Virus record (IMG/VR): IMGVR_UViG_3300048599_000898
Span: 1-43,946 of that record
Strand: one strand, 5' to 3'
Length of the DNA: 43,946 bases
Source: a virus
Lineage: Duplodnaviria > Caudoviricetes
A model generated the notes under the pieces. The model saw nothing but the letters and a program-made list of their open reading frames with translations, searched no databases and had not been told where the DNA came from. Within the stretch, counting starts at the first letter, position 1; each line of letters begins with the position of its first letter. Position numbers and translations under genes: made by a program. Positions 1 to 8,322 of this stretch are shown here, piece after piece.

Positions 1-282
1 TCATTTTGAGGCTCCTCCATGTTCCAGCAGCCTGTCGAGCTTGTCCTCGATTCGGCCGAGGCGTCTTGCCACCTCGGGGCCAGTTGCCTCGAGGCGGACG
101 ATCCGCGCGGGGTCGTCTCGCGTCTCGCGGACGTGGTTGTCGACTCGTGCCTCGATCTGGCCGAGGCGAGCCTCGGCGCTCGACGCCCACCAGACGATGC
201 CGGCGCCTTGCGCCAGCAACCCGACCAGGATGGCGACCGAGATTTTTCGGTCGATCTGCCACGGATCGCGGGTTTGTCCCAT
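1..282 (-). CDS. Small membrane protein at end of lysis cassette (holin/antiholin-like, one TM helix plus coiled coil)
   Basis: Hydrophobic ISVAILVGLLAQGAGIVWWAS followed by coiled coil ending RIEDKLDRL; AGGAG RBS upstream. Confidence 0.6.
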   Translation of the reverse strand: MGQTRDPWQIDRKISVAILVGLLAQGAGIVWWASSAEARLGQIEARVDNHVRETRDDPARIVRLEATGPEVARRLGRIEDKLDRLLEHGGASK

Positions 283-318
283 ACTGCGCCTCTCCTGGAC
301 CCGGTGGTTTAGGGTGGT

Positions 319-373
319 ATTGTAGCCATGGGCTACATTTTCGCTTGACGGGAATGTCGCTATCAGCTACATT
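319..373 (+). promoter_or_regulatory. Sigma70-type promoter with two palindromic operators
   Basis: TTGACG (345-350), 17 nt spacer, TACATT (368-373); operators ATTGTAGC-N5-GCTACATT (319-339) and AATGTCGC-N5-GCTACATT (353-373). Confidence 0.75.
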
Positions 374-421
374 AAGACCATCGAAGGACGGGGCAACGAG
401 CCCAAATCGGGAGAGACCAAG

Positions 422-742
422 ATGACCACCTCGAACCTCATCACCTCGCAGAGCTACATCGACGAGCAGATCGTTGCCTCGAAGATCGAAGCCGGCGACT
501 TTGAGGTCCTGGTCTCCCCCGCGTTCGAGATCGACGGGCGCATGATCCGCGTCATCCTCGACGGCCATCATTCGTTCGAAGCCGCCCGCCGCGCGGGTAT
601 CGAGGCCGAGATCACCGAGCAGACCGCCCGTGACGACGACCGTGTCGCACTGATCGAAGCCGGCCAGATCGAGACCTTTCTAGAAGTCGCGTACATGGAT
701 AGCGAATACCGCTTCGCCGAGACCGGCGCATACGTTTTCTGA
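422..742 (+). CDS. Small ParB/Srx N-terminal-like domain protein (moron gene 1)
   Basis: RVILDGHHSFEAARRAG resembles the ParB-N IxDGHHR motif; GGAG RBS; no HTH. Confidence 0.65.
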   Translation: MTTSNLITSQSYIDEQIVASKIEAGDFEVLVSPAFEIDGRMIRVILDGHHSFEAARRAGIEAEITEQTARDDDRVALIEAGQIETFLEVAYMDSEYRFAETGAYVF

Positions 743-766
743 CCACCCCTCACAAGGACGACCAAG

Positions 767-961
767 ATGACCGCCAACATCCGCAACGAAGCCGATCGCG
801 CTACCCTCTCCTCGCAGGGCTTCACCTGGGCCACCGTTTTCCCACGCGGCGGGAACAAGGGCCAGATCCTCAGCAAGCACCGTACCTATGCCGCTGCCGA
901 CAAGGCCGCAAAGGGCCTTGATCGGGCGATCGTCGAGATCGGCGAAGGCGGGTCATACTGA
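767..961 (+). CDS. Hypothetical protein (moron gene 2)
   Basis: 64 aa ORF, AAGGA RBS, stop overlaps next start (TGATG). Confidence 0.75.
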   Translation: MTANIRNEADRATLSSQGFTWATVFPRGGNKGQILSKHRTYAAADKAAKGLDRAIVEIGEGGSY

Positions 962-1185
962 TGACCCCCGACCATATCTACGCTACCCGCAAGCGCCTCG
1001 GCCTCACCCAGGCCGAGCTTGCAACTCTGATCGGGGTTTCCCGCGACACCGTCCTCCGCGCCGAGCGCGATGGACGGATGATCCCCGGCATGGAGGCGAC
1101 CTATCGCCTCATCGACCGATTCGGAGCCGATGCCATCGAGGCACTCCGCTCGCCGAATCTCACCGCGACTACTGCCGGCGCTTGA
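961..1185 (+). CDS. XRE/Cro-family helix-turn-helix regulator (moron gene 3)
   Basis: RKRLGLTQAELATLIGVSRDTVLRAERD is a canonical XRE HTH. Confidence 0.88.
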   Translation: MTPDHIYATRKRLGLTQAELATLIGVSRDTVLRAERDGRMIPGMEATYRLIDRFGADAIEALRSPNLTATTAGA

Positions 1186-1447
1186 TCGCATCGATCAGCG
1201 CCGGCCGGGCGGCGAGGCAGATCGCGGCGACGCCGCGATCCTGCGCCCACAGCCGTTCAGTCTCGCCGAGGGCGATCCGGCGATCCGGGATCATCGACAG
1301 GGCCCCGGGCGATCGCATCGCCTCTGCCGAGACCTCGACCGGACGGTCGAGCCTACCCTCGAGGGGCGACGATGCGACGCAGGCGCTGAGGATCGAGAGT
1401 GCAGGGATCGTCGCCGCGATCTGGGCGAGCCGTCGGTAGAGGTGCAT
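1169..1447 (-). CDS. o-spanin (Rz1-like lipoprotein)
   Basis: Signal peptide with lipobox LSAC; overlaps the 3' end of the i-spanin in another frame. Confidence 0.75.
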   Translation of the reverse strand: MHLYRRLAQIAATIPALSILSACVASSPLEGRLDRPVEVSAEAMRSPGALSMIPDRRIALGETERLWAQDRGVAAICLAARPALIDAIKRRQ

Positions 1448-1754
1448 CGGTGATCTCCCTGACTGTCGTCTCGATTTCGGCGCGGTCGGCGGCGATCTGA
1501 CGCGACCAGCCGCGCGCCGCCTCGCGATCTGCCTCCGATCGGGCCTGTGCCTCGCTCCGCGCCTGCTCCGCTGCGGCGCGGTGCACGGTCTCGGACTCGG
1601 ACCATCCGGCGTGATGAGCGATCGGCCACGCCACCAGGGCGGCGATCACCGCCGCGCCGAGCGGGGTACGGACGACGGCGACGAGCAGAGCCCATCCGGA
1701 CCGGGCGAGGTCGAGCCACCGGGCGGAGAGCAAGAGCGAGACGAGCGCCCCCAT
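1353..1754 (-). CDS. i-spanin (Rz-like)
   Basis: Start MGALVSLL overlaps the endolysin stop; N-terminal TM, Ala-rich coiled coil, C-terminal Cys. Confidence 0.75.
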   Translation of the reverse strand: MGALVSLLLSARWLDLARSGWALLVAVVRTPLGAAVIAALVAWPIAHHAGWSESETVHRAAAEQARSEAQARSEADREAARGWSRQIAADRAEIETTVREITDAPLPTARPDRGDDPCTLDPQRLRRIVAPRG

Positions 1755-3022
1755 CAGCCGATTCCCCGCCGAAATCGCTCGACGAGCGACTGCTCGATGC
1801 CGCAGGCCCGCGCCCACAGGATGCCAGCGATGGCGACGGCGACGAGAGCGACCACCACCCCACTGTGATCGCCGATCCAGCCGACGAGCGACGGGGCGAG
1901 GTCGCGGAGCTGGCCGAGCACGCCCTTGGCGGCCTGCGCCTTGGCGACCGCGGTCTGCGCCGTCTCGATCGGATCGTCGCCGAGACCGGAGAGCAGGCCG
2001 GCGGCGACACCGCCGGAGCCGATCGTCACCGCGTCGGTCTTCGTTTTCGACGCGGCTCGGGCGGCAGGATGATCGGCGACGGCCTCGGGCCCCGCTTCGG
2101 CGCGCTCGTCGGAGACGTCCTTCGGCGGCGCGGTATCGAGCGCGCCCCACGTCGCCGAATCGAGCTTGCCGGTCCTGACCAGGCCATTACGGCCCTGGAA
2201 TACGGCGACGGCATCCTCGGTCGCCTGACCGTAGCGACCGTCGATGCGGCCGGTGTAGTAGCCGAGGGCCGCCAGGCGCTTCTGCGCCGCCTCGACCCGG
2301 CAACCGTCGTGTCCCTGTTCGAGCGTGTCGGTCGAGGTCGCGCCGCGCATCGCGAGGCGCCATTTCGCGAGCCATTCGCGTCGCGACGCCAGACCGTTGG
2401 TGCCACCGTTGAGGGCCCGGGTGACGTTGACGATGTCGTCTCGGTCCGCCCATTGCAGACAGGTCAGACCACCACGGCTGCACCACGCGAAATCCGCCGC
2501 CGCGATCTCGAATTCGATCGCCGGCTCCGACACCCGGTCGGGATCAGCGACGAGATCGACACCGGCCAACTTCGAGGCGCGCGCATAGGCGGCTCGGCCG
2601 GTGATCTGAGTCAGGCCGCCGCCGCGGAAATTCCAGCCGTCGCCGGGCTCGGTGTTGCCGAGGTCGGCCGCCATCCCCGGGTTGCCGAGGCCATAGACCC
2701 GCTCGGCGAGGGCTGCGCCACCGTCGGTGCGGCAGAGCTTGGCGAGCTTGACCGCCTCCGCCCGGGTGACCGCGGCGGAGTGGTGGCCGACGCCGAAGAT
2801 CTGCATGATCCGATTGGCGCTGTAGCGCATCGATTCGCGCCGGATCGTGCCGCCGTCGCTCTCATGGCTGATCTGAGCCATGAAATGCAAGAGTTGCAGA
2901 TCGGACGTGACTCCATGCTCGGCGAGGGTCGCCGCGCCGCCGGTGACGATGGCATCGACCAGCGCCTGAGGCGCCGACGGCCACATCCGACGGAGCAGAT
3001 CGGCAGAAAGAGAGAGCGACAT
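1754..3022 (-). CDS. Endolysin: GH19 lysozyme/chitinase-like domain, peptidoglycan-binding domain, C-terminal TM segments
   Basis: HFMAQISHES, GDGWNFRGGGLTQITGR, VTRALNGGTNGLASR (GH19); QKRLAALGYYTGRIDGRYGQATEDAVAVFQ (PG_binding_1). Confidence 0.92.
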   Translation of the reverse strand: MSLSLSADLLRRMWPSAPQALVDAIVTGGAATLAEHGVTSDLQLLHFMAQISHESDGGTIRRESMRYSANRIMQIFGVGHHSAAVTRAEAVKLAKLCRTDGGAALAERVYGLGNPGMAADLGNTEPGDGWNFRGGGLTQITGRAAYARASKLAGVDLVADPDRVSEPAIEFEIAAADFAWCSRGGLTCLQWADRDDIVNVTRALNGGTNGLASRREWLAKWRLAMRGATSTDTLEQGHDGCRVEAAQKRLAALGYYTGRIDGRYGQATEDAVAVFQGRNGLVRTGKLDSATWGALDTAPPKDVSDERAEAGPEAVADHPAARAASKTKTDAVTIGSGGVAAGLLSGLGDDPIETAQTAVAKAQAAKGVLGQLRDLAPSLVGWIGDHSGVVVALVAVAIAGILWARACGIEQSLVERFRRGIG

Positions 3023-3036
3023 GAAGGGACCTCCGA

Positions 3037-3291
3037 TCAGACCACGGCCGGCTGGAAATCGACGCCGTCCTGCGCATAGGTCGTGATCGCCGTGATCGCC
3101 TCGAGCAGAGGCGCGTCGAAGGCGGTGCGCTGAGCGGCGATGCGGGCGGTCTCGGCCGCCTGGGCAGCCTGGAGATCGGCGATGGCCTGCGCGTCGGCCG
3201 TGGCGCGCGCCTGATCCTCGTCGGCACGGGCGGAGGCCCGGTCAACGAGCTGAGTGCGCAGGGCGGCGATGAGATCGGGCTTGAGCGACAT
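3037..3291 (-). CDS. Hypothetical protein
   Basis: 84 aa Ala-rich ORF with GAAAGG RBS, co-oriented with the late operon. Confidence 0.7.
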   Translation of the reverse strand: MSLKPDLIAALRTQLVDRASARADEDQARATADAQAIADLQAAQAAETARIAAQRTAFDAPLLEAITAITTYAQDGVDFQPAVV

Positions 3292-3312
3292 GTGATTGCC
3301 TTTCGGGGTTGG

Positions 3313-3450
3313 TCAGTCGAGAGCCTCCACCCGGACACGGGCGAGACCGGAGATACCGAGGCCGCGAGCCGCGGCGACGGAGAGATCGATGCAGCGCCCG
3401 CGTGTCCATGGCCCACGGTCGCGGACCGGGGCGACGATCGAGGCGCCGGT
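3313..3450 (-). pseudogene. C-terminal fragment of an RlpA-like double-psi beta-barrel protein
   Basis: Frame not in the ORF track reads TGASIVAPVRDRGPWTRGRCIDLSVAAARGLGISGLARVRVEALD*, with the RlpA DRGP and IDLS motifs; no start codon with RBS. Confidence 0.7.
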
Positions 3451-3457
3451 TTGTGAC

Positions 3458-3482
3458 CCCACACATTTGGTCAGGGTGTGGG
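3458..3482 (-). terminator. Hairpin directly after the 402-aa gene (possible terminator or insertion boundary)
   Basis: CCCACAC-N11-GTGTGGG inverted repeat; weak U-tract. Confidence 0.35.
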
Positions 3483-4691
3483 CTACCAACGCCCGGCGAC
3501 GAGGGCGTCACGCCAGACATACGCGGCGCCGTTCGGGTTGCCCTTGCCGAAGCCGTAGTTCGTCAGGTGCAGGCCCTGTGTCGCGCCGTTCGTTTCAGGC
3601 GAGAGGTAGGACGTGTAGCCGTCGGCCGTGTTGATCGCGATCTGCCCCATGGCGCGGTACAAGTTCGCGCCGGCGATGACGTTGTCGTTGCCGGCGAAGG
3701 ACGCCAGGGTGTTCGCCCATCCGGTGTCGAGTGCCGCGTAATCCGCCGCCGCATTGGCGTCGAGGCCGTCCCAGCAGCTCAAGCTGAGGGCCACCTTGTA
3801 GCCCCGGGCGAGGCACCAGTTCGTCATCTGCGTCAGGCACGCCTGATAGACCGTCGCAGTGTTGCCGAGGTCGCCCTGAGCGTTGCCCAAGAACACCCAT
3901 TTCTCGTCGATCGGCACGGCGTCGAGCGCCGCCGCCATCCGCGCCATCGCGCCGAGCGTGTCAAACTCAGGGCTCGTGTAGGAATAGACGTCGCCGACGG
4001 TCGGGCTGGCTCCGATATAGATGCACTCCCACACCAGATCGCCGTCGGCGATCGTCTGCCCCACGGCCGTGATGCTGGCCCAGTTGGGCGCGCTGGCTCC
4101 GGACTTCTTCGCGGCGCCATTGATCAGCGAGGCAAACGGCGCGCTAAGCGTGCTGCCATCGATCGTCCACGGCCCATTGCCGGACATGGCGATGGCGCGC
4201 ATCGAGCCGACGACGCACCGGAAGAGTTTGCCCCCGCCGAAGCTGGGGCATATGATCGTGCCCTTGTCGCCGAGATCGCCGGGCATCGCGGGGTCGCGCT
4301 TCATGAAATAGGCGCGATTGGCCGCCCATTGCTGCACCTGCTGGGCGATGTTCGACCGGAACGCGATCGAGTTGATGGCGCAGTTGCGGAAGATCGGCCG
4401 AATGCCGCGCGGCCACAGCAGGTCCGTCAGGATCGGCCATGCCGACCCGCCAAAACTATAGGCGGATGTCAGCGGTAGGATCGGGTCGGACTGGGTTGGG
4501 TCTTTGAGGGACGTGTTTCCGGCCATGACATAGCTGGATACGAGCTGTGCACCGCCGCCGTTGTAGTTCTTGCCGCGCCCCTGACCATTGCTCTGATCCA
4601 TGATGGCAATGGCGACAGGCCGCGTGCGCCGCACACCCTTGATGGGGGTGAGCCCCACCCGCCCGACCGCGCCGATCTGTCCGATTGGCAT
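3483..4691 (-). CDS. Putative SGNH/carbohydrate-esterase-like virion-associated protein
   Basis: MDQSNGQG resembles the GQSN block; late HL motif (QGLHLTNYG); AGGAG RBS. Confidence 0.5.
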   Translation of the reverse strand: MPIGQIGAVGRVGLTPIKGVRRTRPVAIAIMDQSNGQGRGKNYNGGGAQLVSSYVMAGNTSLKDPTQSDPILPLTSAYSFGGSAWPILTDLLWPRGIRPIFRNCAINSIAFRSNIAQQVQQWAANRAYFMKRDPAMPGDLGDKGTIICPSFGGGKLFRCVVGSMRAIAMSGNGPWTIDGSTLSAPFASLINGAAKKSGASAPNWASITAVGQTIADGDLVWECIYIGASPTVGDVYSYTSPEFDTLGAMARMAAALDAVPIDEKWVFLGNAQGDLGNTATVYQACLTQMTNWCLARGYKVALSLSCWDGLDANAAADYAALDTGWANTLASFAGNDNVIAGANLYRAMGQIAINTADGYTSYLSPETNGATQGLHLTNYGFGKGNPNGAAYVWRDALVAGRW

Positions 4692-4703
4692 GATGGCTCC
4701 TCC

Positions 4704-5204
4704 TCAGGCGACTGGAATCGCGCGGATATGGCCAGCGGCGCTCATCTGGATTGCCGCGAAATGCGTGATCCCTGCCGAAAGCCGCAGATGAAATTTGTCC
4801 CCCGCCGAAAGCGGCAGTGCCCCGGCGGTATCGGCCGCGACCATCACCGCCGACGTGCCAAACGCCACCACACAGTCGGTGTCCGGGATGAGCAGCACTT
4901 CTCTCGCCGCGTTGAGCGTGCCCAAAGCAGTCGCCGAGCTCGTCGCCGTGACCGCGGTGTAGGTCGCCACGGCGAAATTGTAAGTCCGGGTTCCGGCAGC
5001 GAGAATATCGGATGAGGGCAGTGGATTGTCGTCCGACACCGGCCGCGTCGAGTCCGCGCCCGCCATTTCGATCAGCTCGTGATAGACATGCTCGCCGGTG
5101 AGCGGGGCGGCGTTGATGTCCACCGTATCAGCGGTGAGCGTGCGCTGCACCAGCGGGCGGCGATGCCCGAGCTCGTCGAAAATCATGGTGATCGGGTCGG
5201 TCAT
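4704..5204 (-). CDS. Hypothetical phage protein
   Basis: Likely start MTDPITMIF after GAAAGAG; beta-rich C-terminal half; paired with the downstream gene. Confidence 0.65.
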   Translation of the reverse strand: MTDPITMIFDELGHRRPLVQRTLTADTVDINAAPLTGEHVYHELIEMAGADSTRPVSDDNPLPSSDILAAGTRTYNFAVATYTAVTATSSATALGTLNAAREVLLIPDTDCVVAFGTSAVMVAADTAGALPLSAGDKFHLRLSAGITHFAAIQMSAAGHIRAIPVA

Positions 5205-5284
5205 GATGGTCTCTTTCGAATGTCGGGGTAAATCTCTCGGACGGACGTCACTCGCTCGGTATCTGCCGCTGGATCGGGGAGCGA

Positions 5285-5545
5285 TCAGGTCCCTGCCGGA
5301 TAGTCCGGTCGGGTGGGCATGGTCGCCGAAAGACCGGCGATGACGTCGCGCAGGGCGCAGTGCGGTGGGCGACCAGCATCTCGGATCGTGACCGGGCCCG
5401 CGACCAGCGCGAGCCGTCGGCGCGGGATAGTCGGGCCGGGCCGGCATGGTCATCGACCGCCCGAAGACCACGTCACGCAACGCCTGTCGATGTGTCGCCA
5501 AGTCGGACGGCTCGATAGTGCAACCGAGCGCAAAGAGCCGAGATG
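5285..5545 (-). pseudogene. Decayed mosaic: two C-terminal remnants of a tail-assembly-like protein flanking an RlpA-like N-terminal fragment
   Basis: ALRDVVFGRSMTMPARPDYPA and ALRDVIAGLSATMPTRPDYPAGT* flank RADGSRWSRARSRSEMLVAHRTAPC. Confidence 0.55.
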
Positions 5546-5548
5546 AGG

Positions 5549-5800
5549 TCAGAGTTTGTTGATCTGGTCGTTTGCGGGCGTCGTCTGTTCATCTTTACTT
5601 TGCAACAGTTTGTCCTTAGATCTCGACCCAGAACTCGACCCGAGCCAATAGTTGACGACTGTTATATACCCCGTGGCGAGCGCTCCGACGAGGACGTTGA
5701 GCATCTCGCCCTGCGCTGTGGGCGGGTGGAGCGCCCACAGCGTGAGGATGCCGACGAATCCGATGGTCGCGATCGCCGACACGATGACCTGCCCGACCAT
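5549..5800 (-). CDS. Putative holin (two TM helices)
   Basis: Two hydrophobic helices, VVNYWLGSSSGSRSKD motif typical of small phage holins, charged C-terminus. Confidence 0.7.
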   Translation of the reverse strand: MVGQVIVSAIATIGFVGILTLWALHPPTAQGEMLNVLVGALATGYITVVNYWLGSSSGSRSKDKLLQSKDEQTTPANDQINKL

Positions 5801-5810
5801 GGGGATTGCC

Positions 5811-7238
5811 TCAGCAGTGAGTGACGATGCCGTTGGTGACGGTAAAGGTGGTGAGATTGACGGTTCCCGCGGCGCACGAAACGCCGGCATCCGACCCGAC
5901 CTGATAGGCCGCCGCACCGAAGGTCCCGGGCGTCGTCAACTTCGCATAGGCGGAATTGCCGGCCTGAAAGGCGACGATCTCGGTGTCAGAATTGCCGGTC
6001 GCGGCTTTCGTATGCATGTAGAAACCGGATCCGGCCGTCCCGGCGACATAATCGCTCGCGTAGAAGCTCGCGGTCGGCGCCGACGATCCCGATCCCCAAA
6101 TGGTCTGCGGCCCGTAGACGGTCTGCGATCCATAGATGGTTAGAGGCACGGAGAGTGCCGCCGCAGTCGACGACACATCCCATTTCGTCGTTCCCCCCAT
6201 CACGATCCGCAGATCGTTGCTGAGCATCAGTAATTGGGGGCCGTTCGATGTGGCTTGAGACGCGATCCGGCCACCGGCACCGGATGCGCCGAAGGAGAGG
6301 CCGCCGTTGTTCGCCGGGAGAATGATCGGGTCGCCGCCGTCGGTGAACGGGCTCGTCAACATCGACATGTCGATGCCGGCATAGAGCGAAGTCGAGACGG
6401 TCGACCCGAAGCCGAATTTGATGCCGGTTCCGCCGGTCGAAATCGGATATTCACCACCGGCGGTCACCTGCAGGTTGCGGCTGTCGTCGAACAGCAGCCC
6501 TGTCCGCCATTGGACCTGACCGGCACCGTGCCAGATGTCGACGGCGGTGTCGATGTCGGTGCCCTGCACCTGGCCGTCGCTCTCCACCTGTGCGCCGATG
6601 CGCCGGCTCGCGCTCGATCCGGCATCCAACTGCGCGATGATGTCGGATCCGATGCAGCCGGCCCAGTTCGTCGCGCCAGAAACGAAGTGGCACCACGGGT
6701 TGTCGCCGTAGCCATACCCTTGCGGAGACGTCTCGGTTCCGTTGTCGGGGGCCCCCGCGACGAAGACGAAGGAACCTCCGAGATAGAACCCGTGCGCCGC
6801 GTCGTTCCCCGTCGCGTGCTCGAATGTGGTCTGCGCCGTCAGCCCCGGACGGATGCCGGTGATCGCACTACTGTTCAGGACGTGGTTGATGCTGAGCGGG
6901 TAGACATAGTTGCTGCCCGCCGCGAGGCTGTCGTTGAACGTCAGCTGAAGCGCCGAGAAGCTCGAACTCATCGTCCCCGAATAGGTCGGGTGGAACTCGA
7001 GCAACGAAGCCCCCGGTGACGTCGCGGTCTGCGCGATCGTCTTGCCGGCGAGCGCCGGAACGAAGGCGTGGGAGGTCGAATCCAGCGTCCCGATCGGCAC
7101 GCACGCCGACGTCCCGTCGGCGACGCAGGCCAAGCCGGTCGTTGGGTCGAAATGAATGCTGCGATCCAACATGCCGCCGGCTGCGGCGGCGACGAGCGAC
7201 AGGACGATGAGGAGCGCAGGGGGGATGATCTTGATCAT
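5811..7238 (-). CDS. Tail spike/fibre-like beta-rich protein with signal-peptide-like N-terminus
   Basis: Gly/Ser/Thr-rich; C-terminal GVSC...VTNGIVTHC; located after the tail fibre genes. Confidence 0.55.
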   Translation of the reverse strand: MIKIIPPALLIVLSLVAAAAGGMLDRSIHFDPTTGLACVADGTSACVPIGTLDSTSHAFVPALAGKTIAQTATSPGASLLEFHPTYSGTMSSSFSALQLTFNDSLAAGSNYVYPLSINHVLNSSAITGIRPGLTAQTTFEHATGNDAAHGFYLGGSFVFVAGAPDNGTETSPQGYGYGDNPWCHFVSGATNWAGCIGSDIIAQLDAGSSASRRIGAQVESDGQVQGTDIDTAVDIWHGAGQVQWRTGLLFDDSRNLQVTAGGEYPISTGGTGIKFGFGSTVSTSLYAGIDMSMLTSPFTDGGDPIILPANNGGLSFGASGAGGRIASQATSNGPQLLMLSNDLRIVMGGTTKWDVSSTAAALSVPLTIYGSQTVYGPQTIWGSGSSAPTASFYASDYVAGTAGSGFYMHTKAATGNSDTEIVAFQAGNSAYAKLTTPGTFGAAAYQVGSDAGVSCAAGTVNLTTFTVTNGIVTHC

Positions 7239-7245
7239 TGAGACC

Positions 7246-8322
7246 TCATGATCTTGCGGCGGCGAACAAATCAGCGATTTCGAGAGAGGTCAGGCCTGGC
7301 CCATCTGGAGCAGCGACGAGGAGCCACAGTGCGAGATCGTCGCCGGGAGTGACGAACGGCGACGTGTCCCACGCGATGGCGGCGCTGAAATACGGGCTAC
7401 TCGGGTCGGCCGAGCGGGCATCCCGCACCACCTCGTACCGAGAGGCAGCGACCAGCGCGCGCCTGAACGCGACCATACTGACCGTCGACGATGAGATCGG
7501 ATAGGCGGCCGCCAACCCGTCGAGCCACGCCTTGTCGGCCGCACTCATCATGCCGGCCGCCGCAGTCGTCGCCACCGGGTGGCCGTCGGTCGAGCCGATG
7601 TGACCCGTAATTTGCGCCTGGAGCTTGCCGAATGCGCCGAGTACCGAGTCGGCGGCGGCGATCACCGCCGACGTCGCCGTCGACAGGCCCGTAAGGACGA
7701 CGTCGCGTACCCGCTGCGCCGTCATGTAGAGATTGCTGCCCTCCGGGACCGCATCGGTCGAGCCCGGCGAGGCGGAAATCTCGACATAGGCCGAGCCCGA
7801 CCACCGATAGATGAGGGCGGTGTCGTCAGTGGCGTAGATCTTGCCGGTCTCTCCGACGGTCGGCAGCGCCGCAACCGACGCGACCGGGACGACGTCGTCG
7901 ACATAGCTCGGTAGGTAGATCGCCGGGATCTGGCCCGAGGCATCGAGCGGCGCGACGCCGCCGGCCGCACCGACCTGGACGTCCACGACCGCCGTGTCGA
8001 GCCGCGCCTTGTCGGCCGCGCTCATCATGCCGGCATGCGTGGTCGTCGCGACCGGATGGCCGTCGGTCGAGCCGACGTGAGCGAGCGGCGCCGCATCGGT
8101 GATGCCGGCTCCAGCGAGCGTCGTCGGCTTGTCGCGGATGTCCGCCCAATGAGGGTTGACATAGGAGGCCGCGGCATCGGCCGATGCCGTCGCCGAGACC
8201 CCGGCCTGCTCGGCAAACCCGGCCGCCGCGGCGAGCGCCTGGGCGAGATCGACCGGCACCGGCACCGGCACCGGATTGTCGACGCCGGTCTCTGAGGTGA
8301 CGATCCATGTGTCGACGCTCAT
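7246..8322 (-). CDS. Tail fibre protein
   Basis: WADIRDKPTTLAGAGITDA, GVAPLDASGQIPAIYLPSYVDDV and AGMMSAADKARLD fibre-type repeats. Confidence 0.8.
   Translation of the reverse strand: MSVDTWIVTSETGVDNPVPVPVPVDLAQALAAAAGFAEQAGVSATASADAAASYVNPHWADIRDKPTTLAGAGITDAAPLAHVGSTDGHPVATTTHAGMMSAADKARLDTAVVDVQVGAAGGVAPLDASGQIPAIYLPSYVDDVVPVASVAALPTVGETGKIYATDDTALIYRWSGSAYVEISASPGSTDAVPEGSNLYMTAQRVRDVVLTGLSTATSAVIAAADSVLGAFGKLQAQITGHIGSTDGHPVATTAAAGMMSAADKAWLDGLAAAYPISSSTVSMVAFRRALVAASRYEVVRDARSADPSSPYFSAAIAWDTSPFVTPGDDLALWLLVAAPDGPGLTSLEIADLFAAARS
7520..8080. repeat. Imperfect direct repeat of about 84 nt within the tail fibre gene (about 7520-7603 and 7997-8080)
   Basis: Encodes H(V/I)GSTDGHPVATTxxAGMMSAADKAxLD twice. 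Confidence 0.85.

Noticed and set aside
422-742. Plasmid-prophage ParABS partition system
   Set aside because: No ParA, the ParB-like protein lacks a DNA-binding domain, and the parS-like octamers are 27 kb away with non-canonical spacing
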